This document shows, one piece after another, positions 1-13,369 of a stretch of 64,000 nt of DNA. Each line of letters starts with the position of its first letter. The first letter of the stretch is position 1. Made by a program: the position numbers and the translations under genes. The DNA lies in assembly GCA_000165425.1 (NCBI GenBank), contig CT868474.1, forward strand, positions 248,001 through 312,000, read 5' to 3'. The stretch is from Paramecium tetraurelia. Its lineage: Eukaryota. The notes beneath the pieces were generated by a model. That model was not told the origin of the DNA, searched no databases, and saw nothing but the letters and a program-made list of their open reading frames with translations.

Positions 1-3000
1 AATTTTGCCACTGCCATCCAAATCATGAACAAATACACTTTATTATCCAATGTTTAGTGTTCCACTACTTGTAAACAAATTCATTTAACAACTTCCAATA
101 ATTTCATTTTTGTAGATAAAATTAAATAAATAAGCTAATTTCTTAAATGTCAATGTATAAGTATCGATTAGATATCTTGTACCAATACGCAGAATAATTG
201 TATGATTTACAATCATTTCTCCTTTGCCTTGCCCTTCAAATATTTCAATATTATCATGTCTAATACATTGTCTATCCAAAACATCTATAATAATATTCTC
301 TCGTTCTATTACAAAAGTTTTCATAATGAAATCTTCCTTTTATGAGAAATTTTTTAAAAGTGTGATGTCCAATCTGATTTAAGTGTTCCATTTAGGATTT
401 GCAACACTGTAAAGTTTCTTTTTCTATTCTCTATCTTCTTCTGTTAGCACTAATAAAATTAAATGATGATGACTTACATTTTTAATCGAGCTTATAATTA
501 TCATAATTTGGCAATTAAAGAACCCTATCATCATCTTACATAATGATAAAGTTGATTTAATTATTAGTTCTCTTGGTTCTATTTAAATTAAAAGGAGGTG
601 CTTAACCTGGTGGTCCGTACAGATTTTCAGAGTAGATGCCACTCCTTATTTTATATTAATCGTCTGTAAAATCAAAGACTTACAAAGCGTGCCAACCAAA
701 TAAATCTATTTTATCTTTGAATATTGCAATAAATAAATAAGTATTCAAGATATCTTCTTAATTCTACTCCTGAAAATAGTTGGTTAGATTTAAATCAAAA
801 GTAAAGGTTTCAGTATAATTAAAATAATTATCGCCTTTTTCATCAGGTTCTAATTCTTTATTGAATACACACATGTTCTTAGAGTCATCTTCTATTAGTT
901 TAATATTTTGGAAGAGTGCTAATTTCATGTAGAACGATGTAATCGACCCAGCATGTAGTTGAGATAGTGATCTTAATTTAAAGATTATTTTCCTTGGTTT
1001 TGTAGACATTATAGTACTTTTTTCTTTCTCTTAAACTCTTTAAGCACTTCTGCCTTCTTATATTTTTTACATTGAAGTATCAGCCTTACTATCAGGTCGT
1101 TAGGAAAGTTCTTTATCTCTTGACTTTGATTTATTTGTATTAGGTGTTGGTGTTCCCTTCTTTAATGCTAGTCTCTACTTAAATGTTAGCATTGTGCGTT
1201 TTTTGTCTGTTTATCCTCTTAATGCTGTACCTTGCTTACCAAAGATTCTTCTATTGGGTCTATTTAAACGATTCTATTATCTTTCATTATATTCTAACTA
1301 TTGCTATTTCACTGCTGCTTATTGTTCATTGAGGAAACCAAAGTCCATCAGTTTGTATACATTAGGAGGAAGTTCAGATTTCCATAATGAAGGATTGTTG
1401 CATTGCATATATAGAAGTTCTTTTGGAATAGGGAATACTCTATGTTCTTTAAATTTAAATTGCTTTTCCAGATCTATAACATCCTATTACTTTTAATGCA
1501 AAGGCTGTAACTTATAATCAACAATATTCATTATCTTGGTATCCATGTCCAACACAGCGTCACCAGGCATGCTGATTCGCAAACCCAATTTGATTTCTTA
1601 GATTTCCACCTGCTTATGTAAATCAAATGTGAATGAAGCATTGTAAAATGGTAAAAGAAAACATCCTGAAATTAGATTCTCTTCATCAAACACTTTATGC
1701 AGAGTCCATCCTACTTAAAATGGAGCTGCACCGTTACCATAATCTTAATTGTAACACCACAGAATCATATAAAGATATGTATCCTTGTATACCTCATGAT
1801 TTCTTTCAACAAACCTTTCCTATATTATACATTTCTTCTAGAATATATTTTCTTAGGTACACTCATGTGATTAAGTAGTCATCTTTGTGTGAGGCTCATC
1901 TAAACTAAGTTATTAAATGAACATTACTTTCTAATAAATAACCCATAACTAATCTTGACATGTTCATAAATAATGGGTAATTTATTTACAAAATCTAATC
2001 TAACAATGAATCCTCCATCTGGATCATAATGCAATGGCATTGTACCTATTTAGCCCTAAAGGTATTATAAATAATTTAATTTATCCTAAGGTCTCCCTTT
2101 AAAATTCAAAACGTCTTCTTCAACTTATTTCAATTCCAATTATTCCTATACTTTCTTCTACAAGAACCTCTTTTCGTAAATCTCTTTTAATTTCTATATT
2201 TCATCATATTTCCTTTTATTCTCCTCAGTCATATGGTCTGTTAACATTATACTAATTTCTTATTATCTTAAATTTTCAAGCATCATCTCATCCGCCTTAC
2301 TAGAGTCGTCGACATCAACTGGATTCCTCAATAATTCCTTGTTTAAATTTGGATTTCTTCGATCCGCTTCTCTCTAAATCTAAACCTAGTTTTCCAACTC
2401 TAAAATCTCTTTTTAAAAGGTTTAAGGTAAATATTAGTATATAGGATTTTATGTAATGGGCCCTCTCTCTTCTAGATTCATGTTCAATTTATCAGGCATC
2501 TCTTACCTTCCTATAGGATGATTATTTTTGTAATATCTCTCCAAATTATTTACTGATATCAGAAAATTAGGATCTGTTCCTCCTGAATGGATATAATCTT
2601 TTCTAATTTTATCAATCTCTGCTAAGGTTTGATTATATTCAACCTTATGAGTACTTTCTTACTCTTTAGTCATATTTAATTTAAATGGCATATCCAAGAT
2701 AACTCCTTAAAGTCCTCTGTCATCAATATATTATTCAATTTTGTTTCTTAATGTACTTAATGCTGCCAATTTTTATTAGTCATTGCCTTCAAATTTGGTT
2801 CCTTAATATAGGAATCTAGCCTGTTTTTCAAATGTATTTTCAGCCACTTTATTAAAATAGAATTGAATAGTTACTTTATTATAGTTTTTTATCAAACGGA
2901 ATTATTTAATTAGAAGCTGGATCATTGTATTCAATCTTCATAGCTTCTACTTTCTTTTCTTGTTAATTGATAAAGTCCATCATAGATCTGTATTATGGAT

Positions 3001-3567
3001 TGTCAAGAATTTGCTATCCCACATTAGATAACTTAGAGCGACTAGTAATTTATTATTGTTAGATTTGCTCAAAATTCTTCAACAATTATTTCCTCTCCTC
3101 TCTGACTGAATTTAGTTTTGTTTAGATTTAATCATACTTTTATTTAACTTCAGTTTCCAAGTTGTGATTTCGAACTCCATAATGAGAAACACTATCTTAA
3201 AATCTTTTATTGGTTTTCTTCAAATCATCAATATTTTTATATAACTATTCTTCTTATTTCCAAAGAAACTTCCGCTGTGCTAATACAACATCAAATTGGT
3301 CAGCTCTTTCCTTCTGAATATTACTAAGATATGCACCCGAGGTCTATAATTATATAAGTATAATACTATCGAATCCTTAGCTCCTTGGATCATTGAAATC
3401 TCATTCTTAAAACTTTGATGCTCATCCTTATAATTAATTTGAAGCACTTCTCTCATCTGAGAATCATGTTCACTTAGAAGGAAGGTTTTATTCATTATTT
3501 TGGAGATGTGACTTTATGCTATAGATGAGTTCAAGGCAGTGGATTGTTATAAAGTAGATTGGTTCAT
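1..3567 (-). CDS. Large CCDC17-like coiled-coil/C2-type protein, 3' end outside the window
   Basis: ATG at 3567 with several short introns. Segments HYDPDGGFIVRLDFVNKL (~2030-1980) and QVGWTLHKVFDEENLISGCFLLP (~1715-1650) resemble the CCDC17 YDP..G..I..DF and GW...LFD...SG...LP blocks. The frame stays open to the window edge where checked. Confidence 0.55.
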
Positions 3568-3595
3568 TTAATTTATAAACAAAAAATATTGAAAT

Positions 3596-4469
3596 TCATT
3601 TGATACTCTTTATTTGATCTAAAATATGCTACTTGTATTGTCCCTCCATATCAGCTGCTGCAGGTTCAAGCATCTCTCTTTTTATATATTTTTCTAATCT
3701 TTTCATCATCATAGCCTCAAAAGAAAATTCGTCATCATCCTCCTTAACTTGTTTGTTTAATTACTTGACATTTCTTCTCCTAAAACATTCTGGATTGCTT
3801 TTCACAAGCTTCTAGATCTCTCCTCTATAGGTGTCTATAGTAAGTTCTGTTTTCGGCAAGACATTCTTCCATTTAGGATTGATTTCCCATCTACCACAAT
3901 GGATTCGAGGGTCAATTATCTGATACCCATTCAAACTATCTATAGCAATTATGTTAATAATTACCTATTGCCTACTAGACTACTCTCGCATTAAACCCTT
4001 CAAATTCAAATTCTTATTCGTCCTCTAAAGTCTGAAAGTGCAATCGAATTCGATCGTATCTCTCAATTTAACTACGGATAAATGGGAAACAGATATTAGT
4101 CTCCCAATCAATTGAGGTTGTTTCTGAAACACTCACCACCAAAGGGTTCACACAGAGCAATTTTTCCAGATTTTTCTCTTCAATTAATGACCATTTGAAA
4201 TTTTATTTTTAAAACATAATTCCGAAGTACCTGTCTTCTACTCCGACTTAATTAGCGCTTAAATATGGTATTTCTAAGGTTTGCATTGTAAATAGCAGAT
4301 TATTCATATCTTTCTTTTTCCTTGATGACAAATTCATCACCAAATCAGCTGAATAAAAGAGACAATCATCGTTCCCAGTTGCAAATAACAAAGGAGTAAA
4401 AACTTATAAGCTTTCTTGACGCAATTAGCTTAGCTTTTTTGCAAGCGAAAACTTTTTTAAATGAGCCAT
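3596..4469 (-). CDS. Peptide deformylase-like protein with degenerate metal-binding motifs (282 aa)
   Basis: One 25-nt intron (3940-3964). Motif order LSANQVG ... CVNP ... WETNICFP ... IERYDRIRLHFQTL ... FEGFNARVVQQAIDSLNG matches the PDF layout (LAAPQVG, INP, EGCLS, AR..QHEIDHLNG). Confidence 0.75.
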
Positions 4470-4714
4470 AAATATTTCTAATAAAATAGTTTATAATTAT
4501 TTATAAATTAAATTCATTCCAATTTAATATAAATTCTATTTCCTCAAATTAACAATATTTAATTATACTAATATTGTTTATTCTAGCACTCCATTTCACA
4601 ACTATCATACCTTTATATTCATCATTTTTGTGTATTGGAATGTACTGCAATTTCGAAATGCACTCAGTGCCTTGGTGGGAATAGATTAATTAATGCGTTA
4701 TTATAAATTATAAA

Positions 4715-6212
<1,498 letters not shown>

Positions 6213-6300
6213 ATTTTATGTAAAGTTATTTTTTATTTAACTATCATAAGAGTGTTCTTGTGTTATATATCTTTGATTATATTGAATATTTTAACATTTA

Positions 6301-6776
6301 TCAATTATTTTTTTTCCAATAGCTTGCTAAATCTCTATCTAAGTTATTTTCTTTTGTGTTTGATCCTTTTCTTGAAAAATATGTATCTAATGCATTGTCT
6401 AATTTAGAAGAGGCTATAAAATATATCAGAATCAATACCACTGTTTCCTACTACTTATTAGCCGCTCTTATATTATTCTAATTGTTTATCCAATTTATTT
6501 TCTAAGTTTTCACTTTTATTTTCAGACAACTTTCTAAATCTTCTTTTTCCAGTTCTGAATGCATCAAATTTACCAGACTTTTTGAATCTAAAGCTGCTTT
6601 TGAATGGTCTTCTATCGGCTATATAATGGATAGTCTATAATAAGCCAAATACATTGATTATTGTTGTTGCGATCACTATCATCTTTGCTGAATTTTCTTT
6701 TGAAATTTGATCTTGGTCCTTTATTATTTCTAAAAGGTCTATTGGATTGATTAAAGTTTCTTCTAAAATTTTTCAT
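6301..6776 (-). CDS. CHTOP/ALYREF-like small basic protein with three FoP/UAP56-binding-type motifs
   Basis: R/F/N-rich N-terminus followed by LDKQLEQY, LDNALDTYF and LDRDLASYW (LDx[E/D/Q]LxxY pattern). Two introns. Confidence 0.7.
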
Positions 6777-7973
6777 AAATTTTTATTATAATATCTATAT
6801 ATTATCATCAAAGGAATAATCGGATATTAATATTTTTTGAATCTTCTCTTGAATTTGAAAATCGCCAAAAAATACACAAGCACGAAAAGTACACCCAGCA
6901 GAATCTTGATGCTATTACTCTTACCCACAGGAATACCATAATTTAATCTAGATTACAATAAAATGCCTAAATGTATTAATGTCTAGATTTACCAAATGGT
7001 CCAGCATTCTATAATCTTATAGAACACCAATCAATGATTATTTATTTCATCTCAATAAATTCAAAATCATGTTACAATTCATGATACCCATTCTCAAACA
7101 ATTTAATAGATTTATCTTGACTACCACATTTTTCATAAAATCTTACACTTTCATGATAACTCGAAACAGCATCCTGTTTACCATGTAAAATTAAGATGGG
7201 GTATTTGAATGTCTAGACTTTTGATTCCATATAATTTAAAGTTTCGAGAATACTTTTTGCCATTCCAATACCTAGCAGAGGCATCATCAATTTATCTTCA
7301 AAACATCTTTAAATATGTTGGTCATTCTTGCTCATTCCAGTTATGTTCAATTTTGTATTGATTACTAAATCCTTTAAAGATATTAACATAAATTTATACT
7401 TCCATGTAATGTCCAAAATATTTCACAGCTATATATTTGATCCCCTTAAGTTTTCTATCCATGGGAAATCCAAGCATAGGAGCAGTAGTAATGATCCCTC
7501 TTACTTTTAATTGAGGATTCCTAATCAAAAAACTGATTATGAGCAAACCACCCATGGCATGTCCATAAAGAAATAATGGGATATCTTTAGATACTTGTCT
7601 CAGTAACACTTCAATGTCCATGTGTAATTCCTTCAAGGTTTACGATCCTCTTGGACCTCCAGAATATCCAAATCCTCTCAGATCTATTAGATGGACAGCG
7701 TAATTCAATTTAGCAAACATGTCAGCAATCTCAATATATAGGATTTTGACATACGTGTAGAAATCTTCCTTAATGTTCTCCGAAGCCATGCACTATGCAC
7801 AAAGATGCCTTTTTATTTGGCGGATCAAATTTAGTGTAATAGAGTCTCAATTCATCTCCATATCCACCGATGTATCCACGCATAACCTTATAATCAGGCA
7901 ATTAGAATTCCCCTATAAATTTTGAATCATCTTTAAAATAATCATTAATTGATTCTTATTCTTTTAAGTTCAT
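6773..7973 (-). CDS. Monoglyceride lipase/lysophospholipase-like alpha/beta hydrolase with C-terminal TM helix; nucleophile Ser replaced by Ala
   Basis: Motifs IVHGFGEH, DLRGFGYSGG.RG, FLYGHAMGG, LILHGKQD, GYHELQHD and hydrophobic tail ILLGVLFVLVYFLAIF. Three introns. The 3' end is uncertain (see findings). Confidence 0.88.
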
Positions 7974-7997
7974 TATATTAATTTAACAGATTAGTTG

Positions 7998-9747
7998 ATG
8001 AAATTGGCAGATCGTAAGAAATTTTCTGTTCATTTGGATATGTCTGCTTTAAAATAAATTATCCAAACTGCTCATCCACTTTCCACTAAACGCAAAATTG
8101 ATACTACACCCACTAGTCCAAATACTTCAGGATTGGCATCTGATAAAATATTCAAGCCAATTCAACCTTTGCACACTAATACCAATCTAAACAACACCAA
8201 CACTATTCAAAATATTATACTCAACTTCAAAAATAAAGCGAACAAGGAAAAAGAGAATGGTCCTATTTCCACAATGACGAAGTTCCCATTATTGGTAGAT
8301 TAATTTATTCGATTGTTTAATTTGAGTAAGAGTGAAATACTTGAAGTTTAACAAATGAAACAAGTTTATTATTACAAATAATCAAAAATATAACAAGATG
8401 GTTAAAATGGAGAATATTTATGTTATGCCAAAGATCATATCAAATATTAATATGAGATTATCAATCTTATTGGATAAGGTAGTTTTGGTCAAGTGTTTTA
8501 AGTTTTGGATCACAAAACATAAAAAACATTTGCACTCAAAATCATCAGAAATCAAGACAAATTAAAAAAATAAGCTTTAGTAGAAGCCAATCTACTTATG
8601 ATGATAAAAGAGCGTGATCCATTAAACAAATCCAACATAGTGAGAATAGAAGAATAATTTATTTTTCGAGGCCATTAATGCATAGTATTTGAGAAATTGG
8701 AATTCAATTTGTTTGAAGTCCTAAAACAGTAAAAGTTTCGAGGTTTAGATTATGAAACTTTAAGAAAATTTTCATATTAAATTTTAATAGCCCTGAATTA
8801 TTTACACAAACTCAATATCGTTCATTGTGATTTAAAACCTGAAAATGTCATGGTACAAGATATGAAATCAAAGATCGTAAAACTAGTTGATTTCGGTTCT
8901 GGATGCATAGATGGGAACTAGGTCTACACATATATATAAAGCAGGTATTCTATCTTTTTTCATATTCACTTAGATATTATAGAGCTCCAGAAGTGATCTT
9001 TGGTTTGAAATATGGAATGGAAATAGATATGTGGAGTTTTGCATGCTTGGTATCTGAAATTCACACTGGATAACCAATCTTTCCTGGAGATAACGAATTG
9101 GAACAGTTTAATTTGATAATGGAGGTTATTGGAGCTCCAACCACTGAATTTGCATTAAAGTGTCCACGAAAGAAGCATTTCTTCGATGAGAATGGTTAAC
9201 CAAAAAAAACAATGAAAACTTATAGGAAACCCCAATCCATTTCATTACAGGAAATTCTTAAAACTACAGATGATGACTTTATTGATTTCCTTTAAAGATG
9301 CTTTACTTGGGATGCTGAATCAAGACTTAAACCTCAAGATGCTTTGAATCATCCTTGGATTTTATCTATAAATCCTAAAGAGAATTGTTCCAAATTCAAT
9401 AATAAGTTCTTCAATAATGATAAAGACTCTAATAGTGCCTTTAAAAAATCAAAAACCTAAACAAATACTATATTAAAGGAATTTGAAAAAAAACTAAGTA
9501 AGGATAACATATTTCTAAAATTATAACAAACTCGAACATTAATAGCTAATAACACTTTTGAAAATAAGCCAGGTATTTTCATATAAATAAGTATTGTTTA
9601 GTGCTGAGCAACAGGTATGTCAATGATAAACCAACTTCATCGGATAGGATAAGATCGAATATTGCCCATTCTATACATTAAATATTGTCATGCAGACAAC
9701 ATAATGCAAGTAACACTTAGTTCATAAGGAAACCATCTTTAGGATGA
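7998..9747 (+). CDS. DYRK-family dual-specificity kinase
   Basis: [53 protein letters not shown]. Two introns; TGA at 9745-9747. Confidence 0.95.
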
Positions 9748-9811
9748 TAGGATAATTTAAATCATACTCTCTGCAATATATATATATATAAATATATAAT
9801 CTAATTATGAA

Positions 9812-10825
9812 TCAGTATTATCTTTCAAGTGAATTTTATTTTGACCACGAGGTATTCTTGATTTCAAATGTCTACTGTATCTTCTTCTATAGTTAATTAT
9901 TATGTATTATATAAGGTCTTAATGGTTTGAGAGTGGATTTACTTTTTGGTTTTGTGAGTGTCAAATTAACTTCTGTGCTTTGTTTTACCCTAGGCTTTTG
10001 ACGAGGAGAAGAAGTAAAAGAACAAACTTGGAGATTTCTGAGTGAAACACAAGATTGAGTTTGAAAATGTTATATGACTCCTTGAGTTTGTTGAGGCATA
10101 ACATTTTTTTAGAGTTTATTTGATTAGAAATGAAACATTTTGAGATCTAGCCATTTAAAGTAACGCTCTTTCTCTAATTGAATTTTTGACTTGTTTTAGG
10201 GTTTTGATGTCAAGGTTAATTTGGGAGGGGTTTTACAGGAAGGAGGTCTTTCCATGTTATCATATTCTTTTAATAGTATTTAATAGTAATTACCTATAAG
10301 AGATTCTTATTTGGAAAGCTTTTTGGTGAGTTTTCGAGTTGTTACCTTTCTTTGTTTTCTTTCTAACATAATTGCAAAACTTGTCAATGCGAGTTCCTAC
10401 TTATTAACTTGTTTATGTTATTCTATCGTGGTGGGAAAGGATTGCATTTCCTTTTGTGTCAATTGACCAAATAATAATCCATAAGTTGACTTCCTTCTGG
10501 GCAATTGTTGTTGTCTAATTTCAGTGATTCTGGCAACAGCATTCTTGAGAGGTTGGAAATACCGCTTCTTTATTCTTTCAGTTAAGGTCAGAGTTGTTGA
10601 ACTTTGAATGCCATCGGATTAGGGGATTCGATAGGAGTGTGGAAGTGAATTACTATTTAATTTCTTTCTTTTAAGTATGAGGAGCTTCTTTTTCTTAGAT
10701 TGAGTGTTTGTTGTGTTTTTAGCTATGAGATGCTAATGATCTCTTGCATTTCTAGAGGAAAAGAATGAGAAACCACTAGGTTCTATATAATTGAAATATA
10801 TACATGAATGAGTCAATGTTTGCAT
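9812..10825 (-). CDS. Hypothetical basic, low-complexity protein
   Basis: Code-6 frame from ATG 10825 to TGA 9812 with short introns; S/K/Q/P-rich; no family recognised. Confidence 0.65.
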
Positions 10826-10846
10826 GATTATTATTTAATATTTAAT

Positions 10847-11235
10847 ATGAATATGAAGCCTCATCAAATAGGATAAATAGATGAATTTGAACTTTAGAAC
10901 ACCTCCAAAGATGATGGCCACAGTACCATTTAATCATTTAAAGAGTAAGAGCTTTTTCATTTGAATGCAATTCCAAAAAAAGTACTTATTGTTTTAATGA
11001 GATCGTTGCCATAACTATTATGCTGACTATCTTAGGAATAACCTTCTTGATAATTGGTGTATTGCTTTTGTTCAAACAACCATCAAATTATGATCAATAT
11101 TTACCATTGTTATTCATTGGGATTCTAATGACCATACCAGGCATTTACTATAGTTATAAAATAATTTAATTTGCTTATTCAAGATCAAGATAGGAGCAGG
11201 AATAAATAATTCAAGAATTGCCCATCGATTACTGA
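10847..11235 (+). CDS. TMEM230/DUF872-like two-TM small membrane protein
   Basis: IPKKIVAITIMLTILGITFLIIGVLLL ... LPLLFIGILMTIPGIYYSY ... ELP; two introns. Confidence 0.7.
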
Positions 11236-11336
11236 AGTTGAATATTATTTATAAAATTCTAATTATATTTCAGCAATCCACAAATATGCCAAATAATTAA
11301 TATTAGAAACTATAATAATATATATCTATTATGAAA

Positions 11337-13053
11337 TCAAAGATTCGTCACTAAAAATTATAGATCCTTTGCCATTCTTATCAAACACTTAATCATTCTT
11401 TATTCCATTTCAATCTGCTGCAATTGTTGCCACTGCTACTTAGGAAGACATAAAAGATGCAGTAGATAATAGCATACGAAGCCATTCAATGAATTATTGT
11501 CCTATTATTAATGTTGATTTTACTCTTGAAGTATACAAAATAAACTCATTCAACTTTTTACTCTCTAAATCCTTGTGTTTCCTTAACATCCTAACAATAT
11601 GATCACTGTAGAAGTGAAACTATGGTTCTTGATCCATTTGTTCCAACTTCTAAGAAATAACAAAATTCCTGCTCTATTACTCAATCTTCTATTCCTTCAA
11701 ATCAAAAGAATCCAACGAAATAATGCTTACACTGATTGTTTTCAAAGTACTCTCACTACCATCATTTGCATTGAATTTAGAGAACTTCTGGTTCTCATAA
11801 TTTACACACTTCATAATTGTGTTGATGAATACAGTAAAGAGTATCTAAAGTATTATTAAATCAATTACTTCATAATCACTAGACACCTTCATCATTAAGC
11901 CATCAGTCTAGTATTAAGGTTTCCCTCTACTCTCAGTAAAAGTCAATAGTTTTAATAACAAGTACTTCTTGTCAACAGTGATCTTTCTATTAAGCAATGT
12001 CAAATCTAGGATGTTATTATATAGTTCCAAAAGATCACATTCTTTTATGAATTCTGCCTTGTCCCTAGCAAATTTATCAACATCCGTAGGTGCTTTGATA
12101 GGCTCTCTTGATTTTGACTTGATTTAGTTCTTGAAATATAGAACATCTTCTATGGCGATACTTTTGAGGTTTATTGATTTCTCATGTTTATTTGAATTGA
12201 TATCAAATGGTTTATTGGCGAAAAATATATCTATCTCTACTATCTTCTATTGGAAATGTTCTTTCATCATTCTATTAACATTTATAAGATGATCTTAATA
12301 TTCATTGACAAAGGTTGGTATAAATTAAGTAAAAAATAGTTCTTCAACTTTCAAATGAGCATCTCCCATTTTCTTTACGAGTCTCGATAATAACTTTTCA
12401 GTTTCCTTATTCTTTTTCTAAATTTCATTATCTTGTTGTTAATACAATATTTACAAAAACCACTTCGACCGAATAATTGAACTGGAGCTTATTATGAAGT
12501 TTATTGAACTTAACTCGAATCATCTCCATAAAATTATCTAAGTGACCCAGCTTAAAACTCTTTTAAACCCTCTTATAATTCTTTTTCCTAATGAAAATCT
12601 AACATGATAACAATTAAATTTAGTACAATTCTTCATATTATTTTTTCTCTATTCCTTGTCCAAAATTCGTTGCTTCTCCTTTTGGCTCTATTCATCCATC
12701 TATCCTGATTATGTTTACATTAATTCGGATTAGTCACCTAACTAAATTCAAATTCTACCTCTGAAGTAATTTGATTATATTAGATCATTTCTAATGTTGC
12801 CCTTAAATGCATTAAAATTTATTTGCTTTTAGTTGGGTTTGTTAACTACTGAAGGAGTGGATCTTTTTAATAAGTAAAGTTAATGAATAAACATAACTCC
12901 GGCTGTCACCAATAATACCTTTAAGATTTCAATATACAATTAACTATAATATGAATCTCCATATACATACTTATTCGAAATATTAATACCCACCACAGAG
13001 AATATTACAAACCCTCCGAAAGTAATTAGATTGAATGTTGAAAATGCAGCCAT
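11337..13053 (-). CDS. Hypothetical membrane protein with two N-terminal hydrophobic helices (weak TMEM209-like impression)
   Basis: ATG 13053, several short introns, TGA 11337. N-terminal FNLITFGGFVIFSVVGI and ILKVLLVTAGVMFI. The family resemblance is tentative. Confidence 0.55.
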
Positions 13054-13369
13054 TTTATTTAATTTAAATATTTTATCAATAAATGAGTCCAAAAATTATG
13101 TGAATTAATTGCAAACATATAATTAAAATTTTTAACAACTCATATTCAATAATAAATCATTAATTAAAATAACTTGAGTTTTTCATCATTTTACCACCTA
13201 AAACTCCTATACCATTCTTAATCTACCTATATAATACGGTATTAGTCATTCCATTTATATAATATATATCTTTATTTAATTATCATTAATTAATTAATTA
13301 AACAATTGAACATGATTGAGGATAATCGCGAATCAATTAATTCTGCAGATTTTTTTTAATGTAATCAAA

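Noticed and set aside
9776..9798. Short (TA)n run
   Set aside because: Ordinary AT-rich spacer between convergent genes.
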